The notes under the pieces: model-generated | The model's input: only the letters and a program-made list of their open reading frames with translations | Told to the model about the DNA's origin: nothing | Database searches by the model: none | Position numbers and translations under genes: made by a program | Shown: positions 33,101 to 43,070 of the stretch, piece by piece | How positions within the stretch are numbered: position 1 is the first letter of the stretch | How the letters are laid out: every line of letters starts with the position of its first letter | NCBI GenBank assembly: GCA_965226055.1 | Contig: CBDDCA010000005.1 | Location: 608,001-672,000, forward strand | Length of the DNA stretch: 64,000 nucleotides | Origin: Spirochaetia bacterium | Lineage (GTDB): Bacteria; Spirochaetota; Spirochaetia; WTKD01; G963693115 | Reading direction: 5' to 3'

Positions 33101-36100
33101 CTATCTAGGACCGGGCCTCCTGTTATCACTATGTCCTTATCGGTCGGTGCTATTGCCTCATTGTCTCTCCCATTCGCACTCACAGCCCCCGCTTCCAATT
33201 CTAGCCTATATGTGTCTCCTGTTGTCGGAGACGGTATTGTTATTTTTAGTATCTTTTTATCTGTGTCCAGTTCTTTATTACTTCCTGATACTACTAGCTC
33301 TGTAAATGTGCCTCCTGATGCTTTCTTCTGCACTTTTATCTTGCTCTTGTCCTCTATGCTCACCACTCTATCAAAGATTACTCGTATCACAGTTCCTACT
33401 ATATACGGAGGGATACTATTATTTAACACAGGATTCTCCTTTATCACTATGTCCTTATCGGTCGGTGAAATCTCTGCATTTCCTTCATTCTCAGAGAGTA
33501 TGGCTCCTGCTTCCAGCTTTATCCTATAGGTTTCTCCTGTCCGTACTGTTCCTACAAGCGTTAGTTCGAGTAGTTTCTTATTACTCCCATTGAGTACTTT
33601 ATTTGCTTCGGGCAAGGCTGTCGTATTCAATTCACTAAAGGTTGATCCTCCTACTGCTTGCTTCAATACTTTTATCTTGCTCTTATCGAGAAATGCTATA
33701 GCTTTATCAAATGTCACTGTTATCTCTTTGCCTACTATGTACGGGGCTTGATTGTTATCTAGCACCGGGCCTCCTGTTATCTCTATGTCCTTATTTTCTG
33801 GTGCGAGCTCTGTATTTCCTTCATCGGTATCTCGTACTGCTCCTGCTTCTAGCTTTATCCTATACTTGTCTCCTGTCTGTACTGTTCCTACAAGCGTCAG
33901 TTCGAGTAGTTTCTTATTACTTCCATTGAGTACTTTATTTGCTTCGGGCAACGCAGTGGTATTTAATGCAATAAACGATGAGCCACCTGATGCTTGCTTT
34001 AGTACTTGTATCTTGCTTTTATCCAGTATCTCCACATTCCTATCAAACATTACTGTTATCTCTTTGCCCACTATGTATGGATCTTTACTGCTATCTAGTA
34101 CCGGGCCTCCTGTTATCACTATGTCCTTATCGGTCGGTGAAATCTCTGCATTTCCTTCGTTCTCAGAGAGTACGGCTCCTGCTTCTAGCTTTATCCTATA
34201 TGTTTCTCCTGTCTGTACTGTTCCTACAAGTGTCAGCTCTAGTTGCTTCTTATCACTGCTATTGAGTACTTTATTTGCTTCAGGCAAGGCACTTGCATTC
34301 AATTCACTAAAGGTTGACCCTCCTACTGCTTGCTTCAATACTTTTACCTTGCTCTTATCGAGGAATGCTATAGCTTTTGTAAAGAACACTCGTATCTCTT
34401 TGCCTACTATATACGGATCTTTGCTTGTATCTAATACTGCTCCTCCTGTTATCACTATGTCCTTATCCGTTGGCGCTAGCTCTTCATTGGCTTTCTTATT
34501 CCCATTCTCTACTGCTCCTGCTTCTAGCTTTATCCTATAGGTTTCTCCTGTCTGCGTCGCTGGTATTGTCACTTTTAGCTGTGTTGCATCATTGCTGTCC
34601 AGTACTACACTACTCACCGACACCTCTGTAAAATTAGATGCTCCTCCTGATTGCTTCAATACTTTTACCTTACTCGCATCCAGCAGTGTTACTGCTCCTG
34701 CAAAACTCACTGTTATCTCTCTGCCTACTATGTACGGACCCTCTGGAGATAACTCAGGCTTTTCCTCTATCTCTATGTCCTTATCGGTCGGTGAAATCTC
34801 TGCATTTCCTTCATCGGTATCTCGTACTGCTCCTGCTTCCAGCTTTATCCTATACTTGTCTCCTGTTTGTATCGTTTCTGTTTCTGATAACGTCAGCTCT
34901 AATAGTTTCTTATCACTCCCATTCAGTACTTTATTTGCTTCGGGCAAGGCTGTCGCATCTAATTCACTAAAGACTGATCCGCCTGATGCTTGCTTCAGTA
35001 CCTTTATCTTGCTCGTATCCAGCAGTACTAATTCTTTATCAAACGCTACTGTTATCTCTTTGCCTACTATATACGGATCTTTGCTGCTATCCAGTACCGG
35101 ACCCCCGTTTATCTCTATGTCCTTATCGGTCGGCTCTCTCTGCCCACTTTGTTGATTGCTTATATCTGTCAACGCTCCTGCTTCAAAGGATATGCGGTAC
35201 ACCTCTCCTTGCTTGGGAGCCTGTCCTAATTCTAACTCTAAGTGCTTCTTTTGCTCCTTATTTATCTTCTTGTTTATATCGGGAAGCTCAGACACTGTCA
35301 ACTCTTCATAGTTTTCTCCTTGCTTTTTCTTCACTTTTATCTTTGATGCTTCTATACTTTTTAATGCTATCCCAAATACTACTGTTATCTTTTTTCCTAC
35401 TATATATACTGCCTGCTCCTGTAATGGATTTTGTTGATACTCTATCTCTCCTGTTTCCCATCTGGTCGCATTTCCTTCTGTTGCTCCTTTTATTCCTCCT
35501 TTCTCTATAATCACCTTGTATTTCTCTTGGGCTTTTGCTCCTTCTTTTAATTCTATTTCTAACTGACTCTTATCTGCTTCTTTTACTGCTACTGATGATA
35601 CCTCTATATCTGCATAGCTGTCTGCTCCCTTCTTTTGCGCCTTTATCTTGCTCGCATCCAGTATCCTTATTTCTTCATTAAATGTTATTATTATTTTCTT
35701 GCCTCCTGCAGGATCTATGTACCATAGCCCTATCTCTAGTTCAGGCTCCTTGTTTATCGTTACTCGCTTATCCTCTGATCGCTCATTTGTCTTGCCTGCG
35801 GTACTCTTTACTCCTCCTGCTTGTATCTGCACTGCATACATCTCCTCTTTCTCTACTTTCTTTGTGAATGTTATCACGAGCGTTTTCCCTTCCAGCTTTA
35901 GCGTATAGTCCTTTGTCAATGCCAGCTTACTTGCTGTCCCTCCTTTTACTGTCTTGTTGATTACTATCTTGCTTGCTTCATAGGACGCAAGCGGATCAGA
36001 AAATAATACTACCAGCTTCTCTTCTTGCTTATACAATTCTTCCCATGACAGTACTGCCTGTGGCGGTGGTACTGGTGGTGCTGACGATGAGCTACTGCTA

Positions 36101-36210
36101 CTTTCAGGCTCCTCACAACTTCCCACTACCATCATCAGTAGTATCGCCCCTAACACGATATATCTATTCTTTATGCCTCTTGCATGATTCTTATTATTTT
36201 TTTGGTTCAT
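30169..36210 (-). CDS. Giant surface lipoprotein: tandem ~110-aa Ig-like repeats plus C-terminal Kelch-like beta-propeller
   Basis: Lipobox VVGSC followed by poly-Ser. Repeats GPVLD..PYIVGKEITV.F...YRIKLEAGAV. C-terminal repeats VVFKNRIWVLGG...DVWSSADG.VW. GGAGG RBS favours ATG at 36210. Confidence 0.88.
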   Translation of the reverse strand: MNQKNNKNHARGIKNRYIVLGAILLMMVVGSCEEPESSSSSSSAPPVPPPQAVLSWEELYKQEEKLVVLFSDPLASYEASKIVINKTVKGGTASKLALTKDYTLKLEGKTLVITFTKKVEKEEMYAVQIQAGGVKSTAGKTNERSEDKRVTINKEPELEIGLWYIDPAGGKKIIITFNEEIRILDASKIKAQKKGADSYADIEVSSVAVKEADKSQLEIELKEGAKAQEKYKVIIEKGGIKGATEGNATRWETGEIEYQQNPLQEQAVYIVGKKITVVFGIALKSIEASKIKVKKKQGENYEELTVSELPDINKKINKEQKKHLELELGQAPKQGEVYRISFEAGALTDISNQQSGQREPTDKDIEINGGPVLDSSKDPYIVGKEITVAFDKELVLLDTSKIKVLKQASGGSVFSELDATALPEANKVLNGSDKKLLELTLSETETIQTGDKYRIKLEAGAVRDTDEGNAEISPTDKDIEIEEKPELSPEGPYIVGREITVSFAGAVTLLDASKVKVLKQSGGASNFTEVSVSSVVLDSNDATQLKVTIPATQTGETYRIKLEAGAVENGNKKANEELAPTDKDIVITGGAVLDTSKDPYIVGKEIRVFFTKAIAFLDKSKVKVLKQAVGGSTFSELNASALPEANKVLNSSDKKQLELTLVGTVQTGETYRIKLEAGAVLSENEGNAEISPTDKDIVITGGPVLDSSKDPYIVGKEITVMFDRNVEILDKSKIQVLKQASGGSSFIALNTTALPEANKVLNGSNKKLLELTLVGTVQTGDKYRIKLEAGAVRDTDEGNTELAPENKDIEITGGPVLDNNQAPYIVGKEITVTFDKAIAFLDKSKIKVLKQAVGGSTFSELNTTALPEANKVLNGSNKKLLELTLVGTVRTGETYRIKLEAGAILSENEGNAEISPTDKDIVIKENPVLNNSIPPYIVGTVIRVIFDRVVSIEDKSKIKVQKKASGGTFTELVVSGSNKELDTDKKILKITIPSPTTGDTYRLELEAGAVSANGRDNEAIAPTDKDIVITGGPVLDSSKDPYIVGKEIRVFFTKAITFLDKSKVKVLKQAVGGSSFSELNATVLPAANKVINSSDNKQLELTLVGTVRTGETYRIKLEAGAVKDASEGNAEISPTDKDIVISGGPVLDGNVSLASKVITVTFDRTITIVSKNKIKVLKKTTSEVSYKEVSTSELPEANKQRAGGNDKQLKLTLVGTLRNNDSYRIALEAGAVKDTDEGNGAIAPTDKDVVVTGGAMLDGSKAMSVVGKEFTIPLDKVVSIEDKSKIKLKKQAVGGSAFIDLTDSELPAANKGLVSSNNALKLTVAQTPTKGETYRIELEAGAVKAAGDILNDTIAPTNKDIVISGGPVLDSSNDPYIVGAVILVSFDSTITIMDKDKIKVQKKASGGTFTELDDTAVPDNSIVKDTNNEKVLKITVPTPKKNDTYRLEFEAGAVSSGNEGNRTIAPTDKDIVIAGGAVLDTSKDPYRVGTVIIVSFDKNIAFLDKSKIKVKKQAVGGSSYTDVAVSGSNIAKDTNDEKVLKITVPTPQNKEKYRLAFEEGALLSGKEGNEAITPTNKDITIGDGPVLNAGTKLKVAKKKVLEVSFPVEVELIAPDSIVVSKKAKGGSFSPLGTSDRTIAVDSTDEKKIQITLTKSDLAQDETWKAEFPAGTVLGVASRNGNSTNQITGEYTIDDIYDLYTWKQLVTSNEDPKEKDIWSKRRFHGSVVFKNRIWVLGGDSNGNFLNDVWSSADGQVWKKHTTSNEDKTSTIWSRRREHASVVFNSRIWVMGGVKQKPYGPLNDVWSSADGEVWKKHTTSNKNGTNTIWDERGLTAVEFQNKIWIIGGAADPETGNYSDVWSSADGNVWEEHSISDSTSDDTKLWEYSGYPYGVVVFKSKIWAIGGGDKTDFSTNNIWSSDDGIVWKRHTTSSIWRSGSEFDTVVFDNKMWVVGGTNTSDVWSSADGEVWKVHSATINHKEIDSYAAEVFKNKIFLLGGEIENFKDIDDVWTFPN

Positions 36211-36266
36211 ATGGACCTCCATATTTTTTATTTATATGATGATTGCTCATCATCCTTACATTCCCT

Positions 36267-36335
36267 ATTATAGCAGTATTTTCTTTTTTATGGCAATATT
36301 TTTACACATTTTATTGCTTTACCCCCCCCCCCCCC
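36267..36335 (-). promoter_or_regulatory. Putative promoter TTGCCA-18-TATAAT (TG-extended) with an upstream G14 tract
   Basis: -10 at 36267-36272, -35 at 36291-36296, C14 on + strand at 36322-36335. Confidence 0.55.
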
Positions 36336-36503
36336 GATTTTTTTTACATTTTTATATAACTCATTTATGTAATGTATTATTACAATGTTTTCTCAGATTT
36401 GCATCCACAATTATAATAATTTCGTAAGAATCATCAAAAATTTTCTAAAAGTATTATAGTAATAAAAGAGGTACTATCATACATATGTATCTTGGGAGGT
36501 ACT

Positions 36504-38387
36504 ATGAAACACATTACACTATTTACTCAGAAAAAACATATATATAATAAAAAATACATATGTTCTCATCATTATAACATTTCTCTAATACTGTATATTT
36601 TGTTCATACTTATTATCAGTAATGTACTATTTTCTTGCAAAAAAACCCAAGAAGTGAGCAGAGCAGAAGCACTCAATCTACAACAAGCATATGCATCACG
36701 TATATTAAACAAAACAGTAACAAAGCCTGGTCCTCCACAATATTCTGTTGGCTTCTATGGAGGAAATTATAGTTCTACCATAACAAGCGATATAAAAAGT
36801 TTTAATATGATAGTGATATTTGATGCAATTACAAGCTCGTTGGTACAAAACTTTTTTCCCTATCTCTTTGAATATGATGCATACAAAAAAAAGTTCACTC
36901 CTCATCTTGCAGAAAAATTCACAGTGGAATACGATCAAGAAAAAGATATAAGTTATGTATATGTTACTCTTCGAAAGAATGTATTTTGGACAACTATACA
37001 AGAGAAAAAAGTACAATGTACAAGTGATGATGTTATATATTGGTACAATGAAGTAGTAGGAGATAAACGACTACAAATGTCTGCATATACTGGACAATTT
37101 ATCACCTTAGCAGACGGAAACAAAAAGCGAATTGAAATAGAAAAAATTGACACTTATACATTTCGTTTTATTATACCACGTATTGTAGCAAATCCCTTGC
37201 TCATGGTAAATATGAATTTTGGGCCAAAATATATATATGAGAAAGCAAAAAACGAAGAAGACATACAGGGACTCATAAATGCACTAAGCATTGATACTCC
37301 CCCAAGCGAAGTTCCTTCAATAGGGCCATATGTATTAACCGAATATGTACCAGCACAACGTATTATTCTTACAAAAAACCCTCATTACTGGAAATTGGAT
37401 AGTGAAAATAATGCCCTTGCATATATAGAGAAAAAAGTAATTTCCATTGCAGCTGAAAATACATCGTTGCTTATGCTAAAAAACAAAGAAATTTCGGGAC
37501 GAACACTAAGCAATAGCGAGCTTGACGAACTTATTACTATAGAAACCCCTCATTTTACCATTTATAACGCAGGGACTGGACTAGGGTCCATGTTTTTCTC
37601 TTTTAATCAAAATACAGATGTTGAAGACGAACATAAACTACGTTGGTTTACAAGCAAAAAATTTAGACAGGCAATGAGTTCTGCAGTTCCCCGTCAACGT
37701 ATTGTAAATGAAGTACACAGAGGATTAGGAGAGCCAGCTCTTCATTTCTATGCAAAAGCAAACCCTTTTTTCAACTCATCAATACAACTAAAATATACAT
37801 ATAATCTTGATAGAGCAAAATCGTTACTGAAAGAAGACGGTTTTTATCTAAAAGAAGCGGTACTGTACGATAGACACCATGTTCCAGTAGAATTTGAAAT
37901 TATGATGAGTGCTGAAAATAAAGATGGGGTTGATGCTACCACTATTTTTTCACAAGAGCTTGAAAAACTTGGCATAACAGTTACTATTCGTCCTCTTGAT
38001 TTTCAAAATTTAGTAGAACGACTTAGTACAAGCTACGATTGGGATGCAGTATGGATAGGCTTAGGTGCAAACTATTGGCCAACTGGAGGTATCAATGTAT
38101 GGCCAAGCAATGGCAGATTACATCTTTGGTATCCTTTACAAGAAACCCCTGCTACAACCTGGGAAGCTGAGATAGACAAACTGTACTCTATGGGAAAGTA
38201 TACTATCAATCGTGAGAAAAGGCAAGAGATATACGATACATTACAGACTATTATGCTTGAAGAATTACCGATAATCTATACAGTGCATGTAAATAGCTTT
38301 ACTGCTATTGATACTAATGTAAAAAATGTATTTATTGACAATTTACAGGGTTCTGATAGCATATACCACTTCTTTCAAGAGCAATAA
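36504..38387 (+). CDS. Peptide/nickel ABC transporter substrate-binding lipoprotein (OppA/DppA family)
   Basis: Lipobox LFSC; PHLAE, VTLRKNVFW, GPYVL...NPHYW, FRQAMS. GGAGG precedes ATG at 36504. Confidence 0.9.
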   Translation: MKHITLFTQKKHIYNKKYICSHHYNISLILYILFILIISNVLFSCKKTQEVSRAEALNLQQAYASRILNKTVTKPGPPQYSVGFYGGNYSSTITSDIKSFNMIVIFDAITSSLVQNFFPYLFEYDAYKKKFTPHLAEKFTVEYDQEKDISYVYVTLRKNVFWTTIQEKKVQCTSDDVIYWYNEVVGDKRLQMSAYTGQFITLADGNKKRIEIEKIDTYTFRFIIPRIVANPLLMVNMNFGPKYIYEKAKNEEDIQGLINALSIDTPPSEVPSIGPYVLTEYVPAQRIILTKNPHYWKLDSENNALAYIEKKVISIAAENTSLLMLKNKEISGRTLSNSELDELITIETPHFTIYNAGTGLGSMFFSFNQNTDVEDEHKLRWFTSKKFRQAMSSAVPRQRIVNEVHRGLGEPALHFYAKANPFFNSSIQLKYTYNLDRAKSLLKEDGFYLKEAVLYDRHHVPVEFEIMMSAENKDGVDATTIFSQELEKLGITVTIRPLDFQNLVERLSTSYDWDAVWIGLGANYWPTGGINVWPSNGRLHLWYPLQETPATTWEAEIDKLYSMGKYTINREKRQEIYDTLQTIMLEELPIIYTVHVNSFTAIDTNVKNVFIDNLQGSDSIYHFFQEQ

Positions 38388-38408
38388 ATAGTACAATACA
38401 ATAAGTGT

Positions 38409-39461
38409 ATGCAAAAAAATAAACACAGTGCAAAGAATACACATACGCATCCTTTGTATAGCTTTATAGTAAAACGTACTTTTACTATTTTCACTATGCT
38501 TTTTGTTCTTGGCTTGATACTATTTGGGCTTATAGCCTTAGCTCCAGGCAATATTGTCGATAATTATGTGATACAACAAATTTTTTCTTCTGAAGGAGTA
38601 GGAAGCGAAGAGCAGTTTAGTGAAGAAGCAATAGCAGCAGCAAAAGCTCGTTTAGGACTAGACAAACCATTTTATGTACAGTATGTTCAATGGCTCAAAC
38701 AGGTATTTATTGACAGAGATTTAGGACGTAGCTTTATCAGTAGAGCTCCTATTTTGTTTCTTGTACAGCAGAGAATGATAAATACACTTGTACTCAACAC
38801 GCTCTCACTTATTGTATTGACAGCACTCTCTTTTTCCATTAGCATTGTCCTTTCTGCATTTAGTACCAGTAAATATGATTTTTTTATTGCATTTACTGCT
38901 ATATTGCTCAGCTCAATACCAGGCATACTTATACTTACATTGCTACAATTATTTGCAGCAAGCACAGGACTGTTTCCTATTACTGGATACCCTCCGTTTT
39001 CTTTTGTAGAAGCTCCTTTGCAGTTTATTTTTTCTTATAGCTATCATATTTTTATTCCACTGCTGGGGAGCTTTTTAATCGGTATAGGAAGTACATTACG
39101 AATGGTGAGAGCTACTATGCTTGATCAACTGGGAAAGCCTTTTATTCGTGTCTTACGAAGTCGTGGAGTTAGTGAAAAGCGTATTCTCTTTCATCATGCA
39201 TTTATGAATACTGTAAACCCCTATATTACTAATAGTGCAACATTGCTTGCTTCATTATTCTCAGGTTCTCTTATTTTAGAAATAATTTTTTCATATCCAG
39301 GAATGGGGACTCTCATGTTTGAAGCGGTACGACAAGAAGATATTCATCTTGTTGTGACAAATATATTGTTTATCAGCACACTCATTCTTATAGGAATTCT
39401 TATATCAGACATTGTATTAGCGATCATTGATCCTCGTATTCGTTACACAAAAGATACATAA
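38409..39461 (+). CDS. Peptide ABC transporter permease (OppB/DppB-like)
   Basis: LGLDKPFYVQY, DLGRSF, EIIFSYPGMG, IDPRIR. Confidence 0.92.
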   Translation: MQKNKHSAKNTHTHPLYSFIVKRTFTIFTMLFVLGLILFGLIALAPGNIVDNYVIQQIFSSEGVGSEEQFSEEAIAAAKARLGLDKPFYVQYVQWLKQVFIDRDLGRSFISRAPILFLVQQRMINTLVLNTLSLIVLTALSFSISIVLSAFSTSKYDFFIAFTAILLSSIPGILILTLLQLFAASTGLFPITGYPPFSFVEAPLQFIFSYSYHIFIPLLGSFLIGIGSTLRMVRATMLDQLGKPFIRVLRSRGVSEKRILFHHAFMNTVNPYITNSATLLASLFSGSLILEIIFSYPGMGTLMFEAVRQEDIHLVVTNILFISTLILIGILISDIVLAIIDPRIRYTKDT

Positions 39462-39462
39462 T

Positions 39463-40509
39463 ATGCAATTATTACAAACCTATAGAGCAAAATTTTCTGT
39501 TATTACTCTCTCGTTTCTCTACTTTGGACTTATTTTCTGTAATTTCCTTAGCCCCTATTCTCCTCACAGATCTTTTGAAGGATTTTTATATCATCCCCCA
39601 AATATTACATTATATTCTCAAGAATTAGGGTTTGGATTACAAGTACAACGGTATATTGTCGTTGATACATTATCTCAAAAGAGACTTCCCTTAAAGGGCG
39701 AATATGAAAAAATACATTTCTTTCGTAGCGGACATAAGTACAAATTACTGGGGATATTTCCTAGTAATATACATTTATTTCAAGGGCAACAGTATCCTGT
39801 CTTTATTATGGGATCAGATGCACTAGGAAGAGATATATTTTCTCGTATACTCTATGGATCTCGTGTATCTCTTACCATTGGCATTTTAGCATTGTTAATT
39901 TCTATTCCATGGGGATGTCTCTTAGGAGGAATAGCAGGATACTACGGAGGTATATGGGACTGGATTATCATGCGCTTTGCAGAAATTATTATGCTAATAC
40001 CAAGTTTATACTTACTTCTATTTCTCCGTTCGATATTTCTCCCTAACACTACGCCTGCACAAGCGTATATTATTATTACTATCATATTTTCATTCTTTTC
40101 TTTTCCGAGCTTAGCAAGAATGATACGTGGTATGGTATACAGTTTACGGCAAGAAGATTTTATTAAATCTGCACAGCTTGATGCTGTTCCTGATATAGTA
40201 ATTATTGTTCGCCATATTCTCCCATATGTTTCAAGTATAGTACTCATCAGTGCTTCTTTTTCTATTCCTGCTACTATATTATCTGAAGTAGTACTAGGAT
40301 ATTTGGGTTTAGGCATTACCGAACCTTCGGTAAGCTGGGGAGCACTTCTTAACAGAGATGTGCTAAGTATCAGTACTATACAAAAATATCCTTGGCTACT
40401 TTACCCTGGATTATTTTTGACATTGGCAAGTATTTCATTTAATTTTCTAGGGGAACGATTACGAGACATGCTTGATCCCTATCATTCAGGAGTGAGAAGT
40501 GATTCCTAA
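39463..40509 (+). CDS. Peptide ABC transporter permease (OppC/DppC-like)
   Basis: GSDALGRDIFSRILYGSRVSL, LGLGITEPSVSWG. ATG at 39463 follows the upstream stop. Confidence 0.92.
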   Translation: MQLLQTYRAKFSVITLSFLYFGLIFCNFLSPYSPHRSFEGFLYHPPNITLYSQELGFGLQVQRYIVVDTLSQKRLPLKGEYEKIHFFRSGHKYKLLGIFPSNIHLFQGQQYPVFIMGSDALGRDIFSRILYGSRVSLTIGILALLISIPWGCLLGGIAGYYGGIWDWIIMRFAEIIMLIPSLYLLLFLRSIFLPNTTPAQAYIIITIIFSFFSFPSLARMIRGMVYSLRQEDFIKSAQLDAVPDIVIIVRHILPYVSSIVLISASFSIPATILSEVVLGYLGLGITEPSVSWGALLNRDVLSISTIQKYPWLLYPGLFLTLASISFNFLGERLRDMLDPYHSGVRSDS

Positions 40510-41356
40510 TACAGATACATTACTCAATATTGAAAATTTGACAGTTTCATTTAAGAAAAAAAAGAGCATTCATACTGTTGTGCATAACTTTTCTTTATCA
40601 GTACCATACAATCATATAGTTGGCATTGTAGGAGAAAGCGGTTCTGGAAAAAGTATAAGCATGCTTGCATTATTGGGACTGTTGCCTAACCATGCTTCAA
40701 AAAAAGTAGCTGCTATCCATTGGAAACAAAAAGATATAGCATCATTATCGAAACAAGAGCTTCGTACATATTGTGGTAAAGATTTTGCTTATATCTATCA
40801 AGAACCTTCTCAGGCATATGATCCTCTCTATACTATTTATAAAACATTTAGAGAATGCTATCTTGCCCACAGCCCTACTGTAAGTAATGATATTATACAT
40901 AAGAATACCATAGCACTATTACAAGAGGTGGGAATAGACCAAGCAGAAGAGAGATTACACAGCTATTTTCATCAATTTTCTGGAGGAATGATTCAAAGAG
41001 TACAAATTGCACTTGCTTTAGTACACAATCCTTCGTTGCTTATTGCAGATGAGATAACTACTGCACTTGATGTTACTACACAAAAGAAAATTATAGAGCT
41101 TTTACTGTACACAAAAAAACAACACGCTATGTCTATGATATTTATATCTCATGATATAGCACTTATAGCAAGCATAGCAGACAGCATTGTAGTAATGAAT
41201 AATGGCTCTATTGCTGAGTATGGCACAACCCAACAAATAATCAAGCAACCACAACACGCATACACACAGCAACTACTTTCATCCACTATTAGTTTTGGTG
41301 AACGACACACAAAGACATACCAGCATACTCATAAAAAGGATGGCACAAAACGATGA
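40499..41356 (+). CDS. Peptide ABC transporter ATP-binding protein (OppD-like)
   Basis: GESGSGKS, FSGGMIQRV, IADEITTALD, FISHD. Confidence 0.92.
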   Translation: MIPNTDTLLNIENLTVSFKKKKSIHTVVHNFSLSVPYNHIVGIVGESGSGKSISMLALLGLLPNHASKKVAAIHWKQKDIASLSKQELRTYCGKDFAYIYQEPSQAYDPLYTIYKTFRECYLAHSPTVSNDIIHKNTIALLQEVGIDQAEERLHSYFHQFSGGMIQRVQIALALVHNPSLLIADEITTALDVTTQKKIIELLLYTKKQHAMSMIFISHDIALIASIADSIVVMNNGSIAEYGTTQQIIKQPQHAYTQQLLSSTISFGERHTKTYQHTHKKDGTKR

Positions 41357-42255
41357 AAGTAACGCCCCCATCTAAAACAGTGCTGTATAAAGGAGAACAT
41401 GTAACAAAAGAGTACAAACTCCATAGCTCCTATTTTTCTTCTCAAAAAAGAACAGTGACAGCTTTACAAAATATAGAGTTTGAAATTCCTCAACAATCTC
41501 TCTTTGGTATTGTAGGACAGTCAGGAAGTGGTAAAAGTACACTCATGCGTTTATTGATTGGATTGGAAACACCTACACAAGGCAAGATACATTTTTTTGA
41601 TACTAATACAAACAATACTATAATAGACAATACACAAGAAACCTGTCTTTCAGCATTTACAAAACAACAATTACAGCTCTATCAAACAAAAGTAAAAATG
41701 ATTTTTCAAGATCCTGCACGTTCTCTTAATCATCGATTGTCTGTAGAGACAATACTATTAGATAGCTTACGCTACTCTCCTTTTTTTACTCAGCTATGCA
41801 AAAAAGAAAAATTGTTCACTTGGAAAACAAAAAAACAGTTAGCACTTGATATCATATACAATACCTTACAATTAGTAGATTTTGATGTACCAAATATACA
41901 GCATATGGTAAAGCGATACCCAAGTGATTTTTCAGGAGGACAAAGGCAACGCATAGCCATTGCTCGAGCACTTATCCATAATCCTCACGTCATTATTTGC
42001 GATGAGATAACATCTTCATTAGATGCACAAACACGTAAAACCATAGCCAACATGTTAGTTGAATTACACCAAACAAAAGGAATAACAATATTGTTTATCA
42101 CTCATGATCTTGCACTTGTAACGTATTTGTGCGACATTGTTATGGTAATGAAAGACGGTACTATTGTAGACACAGTAGAGTATACTGATATTCTCTCGGG
42201 GACAATTTCAGATGATACAAAAGAATTACTTACTGCTCTCCCTCCAAAAATATAA
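41353..42255 (+). CDS. Peptide ABC transporter ATP-binding protein (OppF-like)
   Basis: GQSGSGKS, FSGGQRQRIAIARAL, ICDEITSSLD; ATGA overlap with the upstream gene. Confidence 0.92.
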   Translation: MKVTPPSKTVLYKGEHVTKEYKLHSSYFSSQKRTVTALQNIEFEIPQQSLFGIVGQSGSGKSTLMRLLIGLETPTQGKIHFFDTNTNNTIIDNTQETCLSAFTKQQLQLYQTKVKMIFQDPARSLNHRLSVETILLDSLRYSPFFTQLCKKEKLFTWKTKKQLALDIIYNTLQLVDFDVPNIQHMVKRYPSDFSGGQRQRIAIARALIHNPHVIICDEITSSLDAQTRKTIANMLVELHQTKGITILFITHDLALVTYLCDIVMVMKDGTIVDTVEYTDILSGTISDDTKELLTALPPKI

Positions 42256-42318
42256 TATACCCATACCTTTTTGTATAATCATCATTTCATAATTTACAAT
42301 TTATAGTATACTAAATGA

Positions 42319-43056
42319 GTGAAAAATAAAAATATTCCTATCATAATAAGTCTTGGAGGTTCTATAGTAAACCCAAATGTATCACATACTAATACAATAG
42401 ACACACATTTTATTAAAGATTTTCATACTACCATCCTTAAGTTGATAAAAACATCCTTGCGTTTCATTATAATCGTAGGAGGAGGAAATACAGCGAGGGT
42501 ATACCAACAATCGTTTTGTTCAATACAAGAAACACTTACAGAAAATGCTACTAGTACCCCAGACGATAATGCCACCGATAGAATAGGTATTATGGCAACA
42601 CACTTAAATGCACAACTGATAAGAGAACTTTTTGCTGATTACGCTGAAGATACTGTAGTAAAAGATCCTAGCGTTGATATATCATTTAATGCACCGCTAC
42701 TCATTGCAGCAGGATGGAAACCAGGGTTTTCAACAGATTACATAGCAGTAACATTAGCACAGAAATTTAATGCACATACAATTATTAATCTTAGTAATAT
42801 AGAAAAAATTTATACTGCCGATCCTAACAAATACGCAGATGCTGTTGCACTTGATAAAATTAGCTGGAAAGATCTTACAAAAATGATAGGAACCCAATGG
42901 TCGCCAGGACTCCATGTTCCTTTTGATCCTATAGCAGCAACATTAGCACAAACACTAAATATAGAGGTAATATGTGCAAACGGTAAAAACATAAACAATT
43001 TTTGTAATATTATAGAAGAAAAGCCATTTATAGGCACAAAAATTTATAATTATTAA
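42319..43056 (+). CDS. pyrH: UMP kinase (archaeal/spirochaete-type)
   Basis: SLGGS, VGGGNTARVYQ, DRIGIMATHLNAQL, GWKPGFSTDY, YTADP, PFDPIA. Confidence 0.92.
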   Translation: MKNKNIPIIISLGGSIVNPNVSHTNTIDTHFIKDFHTTILKLIKTSLRFIIIVGGGNTARVYQQSFCSIQETLTENATSTPDDNATDRIGIMATHLNAQLIRELFADYAEDTVVKDPSVDISFNAPLLIAAGWKPGFSTDYIAVTLAQKFNAHTIINLSNIEKIYTADPNKYADAVALDKISWKDLTKMIGTQWSPGLHVPFDPIAATLAQTLNIEVICANGKNINNFCNIIEEKPFIGTKIYNY

Positions 43057-43070
43057 AGGGAGAACAACAT

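Noticed and set aside
30287-36239. Many long + strand ORFs opposite the giant lipoprotein gene (also 8447-16195 and 48095-52655)
   Set aside because: Antisense shadows produced by repetitive, biased codon usage; no RBS or recognisable motifs.
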